A stretch of 64,000 nt of DNA, from positions 62,001-126,000 of the forward strand of contig JAPEUD010000051.1 of assembly GCA_026026165.1 (NCBI GenBank), read 5' to 3'. The first letter of the stretch is position 1. Each line of letters opens with the position of its first letter. The stretch comes from Sarea resinae. Lineage: Eukaryota. The notes beneath the pieces were generated by a model that was not told the DNA's origin, did no database searches, and worked only from the letters and a program-made list of their open reading frames with translations. Shown one piece after another: positions 62,428 through 64,000 of the stretch. The position numbers and the translations under genes are program-made.

Positions 62428-64000
62428 GTTGCTCACGCCTCGGGATCCAATGATGCTGGATGGGGGGGGGGGAGAATTGATTATTTATAGAAGATGTCTC
62501 CTCCGTACCTAGTACTTGGACGGTGGCTTGATTTGTCGGTGTGACGATCCCATAATCTTACTGCCGTACACTTCACTTGATATCCTCATTACCTCTTTTA
62601 TGTACTCCTCCTACAGCCGTCGTGCGAACGTCTTACCCACATAGAGTATGCCCTTGAGCCTAAATGGCACGACACGACTGGAGTCGCCTACGGAGTCCAT
62701 ACCTACTAGGTAAGGTACCTTACGCAGTAGTACTACTCTGAGGTGGGCATAGGTACCTACTCAGTACCTAGACTCAATGCGACATTTGCCCGCGGCAACG
62801 ATACCGAACCAGGCAGCTGCCGGCGCTTGCGGAGCGGAGGGCTAAGAGTCCAGAGAGCTGGAGGTCAATGCCGTGCTGCTGCGCCCGTACCGAACTCTTA
62901 GGTCTCTGTACTGCCAATTACCTCTCTTTGGCATGGCAGCAAGATTGGAATGATGGTCAACGCCGCATCGTTGCAGCGTTGCATCAATATATGCGAATGC
63001 GCCTCTTGAAGGCTTCCCTTCCCTTTCCCTTCGTCGCCGTCGTCGTCGGACGGTCAGGCTGCATCTGCGTGCTTGCTGTCGTGCCCCGGGGCGTACTCCG
63101 TACTTCGTATACTTACCTGCTGTCAAGCTATGCGCAGCCTAGCCCGGTTAGCTCTGTGGTCGGAAATTAGCAGAATAGGTATTGCGCGCAGGAGAGCCGG
63201 GGCGGTTCAACTGCGTACTGCGTACTGCGTACTGCTCTCCAGGGCTACCGAGTAGTACCCGTCGACGACAGTGCTAGTAGTAGCGATAATTGTCAATCGA
63301 TGATCAATCAATGAAATGGTCCATCGATGATCAATAAGCATCTAAGCAAGCTAGGGGATGTCATTCTTTGATGCTGCTATTGACCTCGATAGTGATCGTG
63401 ATAATGTCATTGAAGCGCAAAGAATAGACGGCTCCGCATCAGCATTGCCATTGATCAAGTGAAGTGATCTCCACCCCGACTCAGGCCCAAGAATCTCCGA
63501 AAGAGGCCTTGCTTCCTCTTCCACCTGCTGCCGGTACTTGACTCCACTGCTGTATTCAGACCAAGTGCAAAGTACCTCGCAAGGTAAGGAAGGTACTGAG
63601 GTAGCTTCGCTTTACCCTTCTCTTCCATCTCCTTTCCGTCCCTAGAACGAACGGAACCGAGATCACCAGCGTACCGTTCGGGTCTTCCTCTGGTCTCCTG
63701 CCGCCGACCCCTTGCTATCAGCGGTACCTGCACGGGCCCAGAGAGAGACTTAGAGCTGGATCGGCCACTTCCAGTTCGTTGCTGCGTTACGGCGTTGAGG
63801 TGCTGCTTCTCATCCGCTCGCTACCTGACTTTACCTCTGCTACCTCCTACCTACTCTACGAATACCTGCCGACCTTGACACCACCAACCACCAACCACCA
63901 ACCACCATCCATCCATCCAGCCAAGTCAGGTCAACCCGCATCTTGAGCGCGGCCAATACCCTTCCCTCCTCTCGGACTTGGGTAGCAGTCAACCGTTCCA

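Overview
Eukaryotic nuclear DNA from a filamentous ascomycete (Pezizomycotina-type). Introns are mostly short (~45-70 nt) GT-AG with CTRAC/CTAAY branch sites. I reconstructed 20 intact protein-coding genes by manual splicing: P4-ATPase flippase (DNF3-like), samB/MUB1, 2OG-Fe(II) oxygenase, MKT1, EBP2, HSBP1-like, PDI (tigA/ERp38-type), a DNMT1-RFD/Raf2-like protein, ArgRS, PUS4, an EamA/THI74-like transporter, Rab7, a YML020W-like protein, SPB1, DOT1, ATG16, JMJD7-like, IRS4/TAX4-like, DNA ligase IV and an ADAL-like deaminase. The one anomalous stretch is a ~8 kb gap (33.4-41.6 kb) with no intact gene. It holds the fossil of a large spliced coiled-coil gene and a second 272-codon frame broken by one stop. 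Other notable items: a recurring TACCTTAC/GTAC-palindrome element in upstream regions, a GC-AG intron in Rab7, a 6-nt microexon, an SKL terminus on the YML020W-like protein, and sharp GC-rich coding patches. I found no tRNA, rRNA, CRISPR or recognisable transposon, and no clearly novel multi-gene system.
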